This document shows positions 28,650 to 32,814 of a stretch of 32,814 nucleotides of DNA, piece after piece. This DNA is from an uncultured Campylobacteraceae bacterium (lineage in GTDB: Bacteria; Campylobacterota; Campylobacteria; Campylobacterales; Arcobacteraceae), in assembly GCA_937138295.1 (NCBI GenBank), contig CAKZOX010000153.1, positions 1 through 32,814 of the forward strand, written 5' to 3'. The position numbers and the translations under genes are program-made. The notes beneath the pieces were generated by a model that was not told where the DNA came from, made no database searches, and worked only from the letters and a program-made list of their open reading frames with translations. Within the stretch, counting starts at the first letter, position 1; each line of letters opens with the position of its first letter.

Positions 28650-29539
28650 ATATACTAATAATAGAAAACGAAATTTACCTAGCTCAAAAAGTAGTATCAA
28701 GACTACTTGATGATGGACATAGTTGTGATTATATTGAATCACCAAATATTGATAACTTAACGAAAGAATACGATACAGTTTTATTATCAACATCTTTACC
28801 TTCTGCTTTAGTATCAAGTATTATTAAAAAATATTCTCCATCTGCAATTATTCTTTTACTTGTTTCATATATATCTGATGAAACAGTTACTCACCCTATT
28901 GAAGAAGGTGCAAAAGATTATATTATGAAACCATTTATTATGGATGAATTAGTAAGAAAAATCTATCACTACAAAGAGTGTAGAAGTATGAGAAGAGAGC
29001 TAGCAACACTTAAAGAATACATGGAATTTGTAATGAAAGATATTGATACAAGTGAAGTATTATTACCCCACTCATTTCCAACTTTAATAGAAACAAATTC
29101 ACAATTAAGTGCTGATAAGTTAACTTTTGAATTGGCTAAAAAACTAGATAAATCAATAACATTTATTGACTTAACAGAAGCAAATTGGCAAAAGAAAATT
29201 GCTAATTTTAATGAATCAAAAGTGTTTATGTATCTAACAAATTATCATAGTTTAAAAAAGACTGCAAAAGACAATTTAAATAAGTTGATTGAACATAAAG
29301 ATGTAATTATTAGTTCCCTTGAAGCTGAAGAAGACTTCCCTTATAGAAAAGTTGAATTCTATGATGAAGATTCATTGGTTAGCAATTCAAATATAATGAC
29401 AATAAATGACTATGTAAAAATGATGGTACTATCTTATCAAAGTAAATATCCAGATACAGAACTATCAAAAAAACTTGGTATATCAAGAAAATCTCTTTGG
29501 GAAAAGAGAAAGAAACTTGGTATTGAAAAGAAAAAGTAA
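28646..29539 (+). CDS. Atypical orphan response regulator of the HP1021 / Cj1608 (CemR) type, with a pseudo-receiver domain lacking the phospho-acceptor Asp and a C-terminal Fis-type HTH.
   Basis: 297 aa. Aligned to CheY, the REC fold has DD12/13 replaced by EN (ILIIENE) and D57 replaced by Ser (TVLLSTSLP); T87 to S and K109 are conserved (IMKPF). The C-terminus LSKKLGISRKSLWEKRKKLGI is a Fis-like HTH. Start ATGA overlaps the ispDF stop. ispDF-regulator synteny matches HP1020-HP1021 / Cj1607-Cj1608 as recalled. Confidence 0.6.
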   Translation: MNILIIENEIYLAQKVVSRLLDDGHSCDYIESPNIDNLTKEYDTVLLSTSLPSALVSSIIKKYSPSAIILLLVSYISDETVTHPIEEGAKDYIMKPFIMDELVRKIYHYKECRSMRRELATLKEYMEFVMKDIDTSEVLLPHSFPTLIETNSQLSADKLTFELAKKLDKSITFIDLTEANWQKKIANFNESKVFMYLTNYHSLKKTAKDNLNKLIEHKDVIISSLEAEEDFPYRKVEFYDEDSLVSNSNIMTINDYVKMMVLSYQSKYPDTELSKKLGISRKSLWEKRKKLGIEKKK

Positions 29540-29548
29540 GGATTTAAA

Positions 29549-30031
29549 TTGTTTAGAAAAGCATTTTTAACTGTTGGTTTTAGTGGACTTAGTCCAAAAG
29601 CTCCAGGAACTGTTGGTTCATTTGTATCTTTAATTTTAGGTCTTTTACTTCTACAGATTATAGCTGATTCAACGCTATTTTTATTAGCAATACTAATCAC
29701 AGTAATTGCAGTTAAAGAAATAAATAAATATGAAGAACAAGTTGGAGAGCATGATAGTAAAGAAATCGTAGTAGATGAACTTGCTGGTATGTGGATAGCT
29801 TTAGCTATTTGTGGTTTAAATGACTCAAATATTTATTATATGGCTCCATTAGCTTTTATATACTTTAGAATTTTTGATATTTGGAAGCCTTCAATTATTG
29901 GAAGAATTGATAGAGATGTAAAAGGTGGTTGGGGAGTAATGCTTGATGATGTAATAGCTGGACTTGCAGCTGGTATTGCAACAGCTGCTACGTATCAACT
30001 TATAGAAAAGTTTGTATTACCTCAAATTTAA
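29549..30031 (+). CDS. pgpA: Phosphatidylglycerophosphatase A.
   Basis: 160 aa. GFSGLSPKAPGTVGS...ELAGMW..L is the PgpA family signature. Confidence 0.75.
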   Translation: MFRKAFLTVGFSGLSPKAPGTVGSFVSLILGLLLLQIIADSTLFLLAILITVIAVKEINKYEEQVGEHDSKEIVVDELAGMWIALAICGLNDSNIYYMAPLAFIYFRIFDIWKPSIIGRIDRDVKGGWGVMLDDVIAGLAAGIATAATYQLIEKFVLPQI

Positions 30032-30035
30032 CAGC

Positions 30036-30060
30036 AGACTAAAAACATAGTTTTTAGTCT
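30036..30060. terminator. Perfect 11-bp hairpin between convergent pgpA and lsrK, likely a bidirectional terminator.
   Basis: AGACTAAAAAC (30036-30046), loop ATA, GTTTTTAGTCT (30050-60). Confidence 0.5.
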
Positions 30061-30067
30061 AAACCTA

Positions 30068-31630
30068 TCATAGCCCTGGAGCTTTCCACATAGATGTAGT
30101 TAGATTTTTATCAACTAACTCTAATTGAGCTTTATATATTTTTTGCCATTTTTCTTTTATATCATCATACAGTTTTTTATTTTGCATATTTGGCTGATAT
30201 TCTTTATCCCAAACTACAAGTCTTTTTGATGCCTCTTTTAAATTTTCATAAACCCCAGCACCAACTCCAGCACTCATAGCAGCACCTAATGCTGTAGCTT
30301 CAGTTACTTTTGGAATGCTGACTTTACATCCTGTTACGTCAGCTAAAGTTTGACTCCATAGCTCACCTTTACTAGCTCCTCCTGCAAAGACAATATTATT
30401 TATATTTATATTTGTAAACTCTTTGATTTTATCAAGATTAATAGAACTTACAATACAAGCATTTTCTTGTAGAGATTTAAACATAGAAAACCTATTACAA
30501 GTGTTTGAGTCAATACTAAGGTTTATAAAACTTGGAGCCGCATGGTACCATTTACCGTAATTCATACTATCACTAAAAATAGGCATAATTCCATATGAAC
30601 CAACGGGAATATTTTTTGATTTTTGCTCTAATAAAGTATAAGTATCAATATTTTTTTCTTTCGCTTCAAGTTTTTCTAAATCACAAAAGGCATCCCTAAA
30701 CCATCTCATTACTAAACCAGAAAAAAACGTAATACCTTCTGCTTGAGATTGATCACTTATTACATGGGGATTAACCCTAATTGACATATCTTTTGGTGGT
30801 GTAGTATCTTTTGAGATATTTACAATTTGTTGCCAAAATGAACCACCTAAAATAGCCACATCCCCAATATTAACTACTCCAAGCCCAGCACTACCAAGTT
30901 GTACATCTCCACCACCCATAACTACTTTTGTATCAGTTGATAAATTAACTTCTTTTGAAATATCTTCTTTAACTGTTCCTATTACTGTTCCAACTTCATA
31001 GCAAGGTGTAAAAATATCATCTTTGATACCTACTTTTTTTGCCATACTTGAGTCCCAAGTTCTTTTATTTAAACTAAAGATTCCAGTTGTTCCACCATTG
31101 CTTGGATCAACAGCAATTACCCCTGAAAGTTTTGCTAATATCCAATCTCCTATCATAGAAATAGCTGAAACTTTTTCGTAAATATCAGGTTTATTGTTTT
31201 TTAGCCAAAGAATTCTAGGTAATGCTCCAAGTGCAAAAGTTTGACCTGAAATTTCATAAAACTCTTGCTCTATATTTTCAAAATTTTCTTTTAAGTATTT
31301 AACTTCATTACTAGCTCTTGCATCTACATTTGCAACAGCCCATAATTCATTTCCATCTTTATCGTATAAAACAATACCTTCTCTCATACTAGTTGAACTT
31401 AAGGCTAGGATATCTTTTGAGTTAATTTTAGCTTCACTAATGGCTTCATTTATACAATGTTTTACTAAATTCCAATTATTTTTAAAATCAAAACTCATAC
31501 TATTTGGAACACCCTCTTCTTCAAGGTGAGTCCACTCTTTTTGAGACATAGAAATTTGATTTCCATTTGTATCGAAAATTACAACTCTTATACTTCCTGT
31601 TCCTGCGTCAATTGCCATTAGGTATTGCAT
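30068..31630 (-). CDS. lsrK: Autoinducer-2 kinase (FGGY family, LsrK subfamily).
   Basis: 520 aa. It matches E. coli LsrK (recalled from memory) along the whole length. Shared blocks include YLMA[IL]DAGTGSIR.VIFD..GNQI; VDPSN.GTTG; GGGDVQLG..GLGVV; FWQQVVN; RVNPHVI; FF[TS]GL.MRWFRDAFC..EKL; DTYTLLE; MPIFSD.M....WYHAAPSFINLSID; VFAGG.SKG.LWSQ.LADV.G. Its C-terminus LTTSMWKAPGL matches LTTSLWKAPGL. Confidence 0.8.
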   Translation of the reverse strand: MQYLMAIDAGTGSIRVVIFDTNGNQISMSQKEWTHLEEEGVPNSMSFDFKNNWNLVKHCINEAISEAKINSKDILALSSTSMREGIVLYDKDGNELWAVANVDARASNEVKYLKENFENIEQEFYEISGQTFALGALPRILWLKNNKPDIYEKVSAISMIGDWILAKLSGVIAVDPSNGGTTGIFSLNKRTWDSSMAKKVGIKDDIFTPCYEVGTVIGTVKEDISKEVNLSTDTKVVMGGGDVQLGSAGLGVVNIGDVAILGGSFWQQIVNISKDTTPPKDMSIRVNPHVISDQSQAEGITFFSGLVMRWFRDAFCDLEKLEAKEKNIDTYTLLEQKSKNIPVGSYGIMPIFSDSMNYGKWYHAAPSFINLSIDSNTCNRFSMFKSLQENACIVSSINLDKIKEFTNININNIVFAGGASKGELWSQTLADVTGCKVSIPKVTEATALGAAMSAGVGAGVYENLKEASKRLVVWDKEYQPNMQNKKLYDDIKEKWQKIYKAQLELVDKNLTTSMWKAPGL

Positions 31631-31641
31631 TCAATTTTCCT

Positions 31642-32814
31642 CTACTTTTTTAATTTAGCTTGTTCTAATTCCCAGTATTCCATTTCAAAACTATCTTTAA
31701 GTGAAATTGATTCATATCCACCTAATTTATCAGCTCTTAAAACAGCTATCATAGTGTGCTCAACTATATCATTGATAATATTTGCTTCTTTTTCATTTTT
31801 TCCAAAACTAATTACACCAAAATCTTTTATTACAGCATAATTTGGTGCTTTATTTAAACAAATTTCATCTTTAGCAAATTCATTAAAATAGTTTTCATAG
31901 TTTGATTTAAACTCATTTATTGATGATTCAATACTATTGTAATCTTCAATAATTAAAGGCACTCTTTTTGTTCTTATTATGTGCTCGGGAGTTAATACAC
32001 CTCTACAAGCAAACTCTTTTAAGTTCTCTTTTGAAGCGTATGTTTTTGCTAAATTTGATGTATTTATCATTGCTACAACATCAAAATCTTTTTCCTTAGA
32101 AATTAAATCTTTTAGTTTTTGAACATCAAAATCTTTATTTTGTAGATTTTCATTTAATTTTAAACTTGCATTTTCATTTAAAAAATCTTCAGCTTTTGAA
32201 ACTGCTTCAATCATCTTATCATATGATTTTTTAGCATCATCATCAAAAGTGAAAATTCCATGATTATGTAAAATAATACCTTCGCATTTATTCCAATCTA
32301 TATCTTTACTCATTTCATATATTTTCTTAGCAAGGATAAATCCAGGCATTACATATGGAATAATCAAGAAATTTGGAAATACTTTTTGTATGTTTTGAAT
32401 TCCAGTTTTAGAATTTGACATAGTTACAACTGCATCTGCATGTGTATGATCAACAAATTTAAAAGGAATAATTGCATGTAAAATAGCTTCAACAGATGGA
32501 TTAGGTGCAGTTTTATCAATCATCGCTGCCTTTTGTTCACTAACCATATCAGTATCACTTAAAGTTTCATATTGAGCCATTTTCTTTAAAACATCAAGTT
32601 TTACAGGGGCAAAACCTTCTTCTTTTATAGAAACCAAATCCCAACCACTTCCTTTTACAAGTAGTATTTCTTCACCATCAATTACACTTTTAACTGAAGT
32701 GTTTCCACCACCATGTAATACAAGTTCATCACTTCTTCCTAAAAGATTTGATGTATATACTCTTAAAGCTAAATCACCTTGAAAGTTTTTAGCTTCTTCA
32801 TCACTCCAAAGATT
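31642..32814 (-). CDS. Class-II aldolase/adducin-family protein, RhaE-like (aldolase half of the bifunctional YuxG/RhaEW family, without the SDR domain). It is 5'-truncated by the window edge.
   Basis: The frame is open to base 32814: NLWSDEEAKNFQGDLALRVYTSNLLGRSDELVLHGGGNTSVK... then HTHADAV and LHNHGIFTF (Zn-aldolase HxH...H motifs). It aligns block-by-block with the B. subtilis YuxG N-terminal ~390 aa (recalled) and ends (EYWELEQAKLKK*) where the YuxG SDR domain would begin. The track 'M' at 32637 is an internal TTG. Confidence 0.7.
   Translation of the reverse strand, partial: NLWSDEEAKNFQGDLALRVYTSNLLGRSDELVLHGGGNTSVKSVIDGEEILLVKGSGWDLVSIKEEGFAPVKLDVLKKMAQYETLSDTDMVSEQKAAMIDKTAPNPSVEAILHAIIPFKFVDHTHADAVVTMSNSKTGIQNIQKVFPNFLIIPYVMPGFILAKKIYEMSKDIDWNKCEGIILHNHGIFTFDDDAKKSYDKMIEAVSKAEDFLNENASLKLNENLQNKDFDVQKLKDLISKEKDFDVVAMINTSNLAKTYASKENLKEFACRGVLTPEHIIRTKRVPLIIEDYNSIESSINEFKSNYENYFNEFAKDEICLNKAPNYAVIKDFGVISFGKNEKEANIINDIVEHTMIAVLRADKLGGYESISLKDSFEMEYWELEQAKLKK

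Overview
This is a 32.8 kb AT-rich window with short intergenic spacers and many TTG/overlapping starts, and its content and synteny look like a Campylobacterota (Arcobacter/Campylobacter/Helicobacter-like) chromosome. I recognise these genes by motif and by-eye alignment only; no searches were run. The window carries: the 3' end of rpsI; an orphan family-5 ABC substrate-binding protein plus a HAD phosphatase; a four-subunit pyruvate:ferredoxin oxidoreductase operon (porCDAB); an AbrB-family membrane protein; luxS followed by two methyltransferase-like genes and a formylglutamate-amidohydrolase-like gene; a long minus-strand cluster of lipoprotein, ribA, a SAM methyltransferase, metH, a small membrane protein, mntP and an orphan PglB/STT3-type oligosaccharyltransferase; ilvE; an HflK-like SPFH protein; hisIE; a mazG-like gene; a garR-like oxidoreductase; an Mrp/ApbC ATPase with an unusual Cys-rich tail; thiC; an HDOD protein; and ispDF followed by an HP1021/Cj1608-type atypical orphan response regulator and pgpA. 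At the right edge a class-II (RhaE/YuxG-N-terminal-like) aldolase runs off the window and sits 11 nt upstream of a convincing LsrK (autoinducer-2 kinase) orthologue.

Three loci deserve a second look. First, the non-canonical aldolase–LsrK pair, with LuxS in the same window and no Lsr transporter or processing genes visible. Second, the orphan PglB-like transferase, whose acceptor-binding motifs are altered (WWD to WWS, DGGK to DGGL, MxxI lost) and which appears co-transcribed with mntP and metH. Third, the Mrp C-terminal Cys/His tail encoded by a locally GC-rich segment. I saw no CRISPR array, tRNA/rRNA gene, transposase or prophage.
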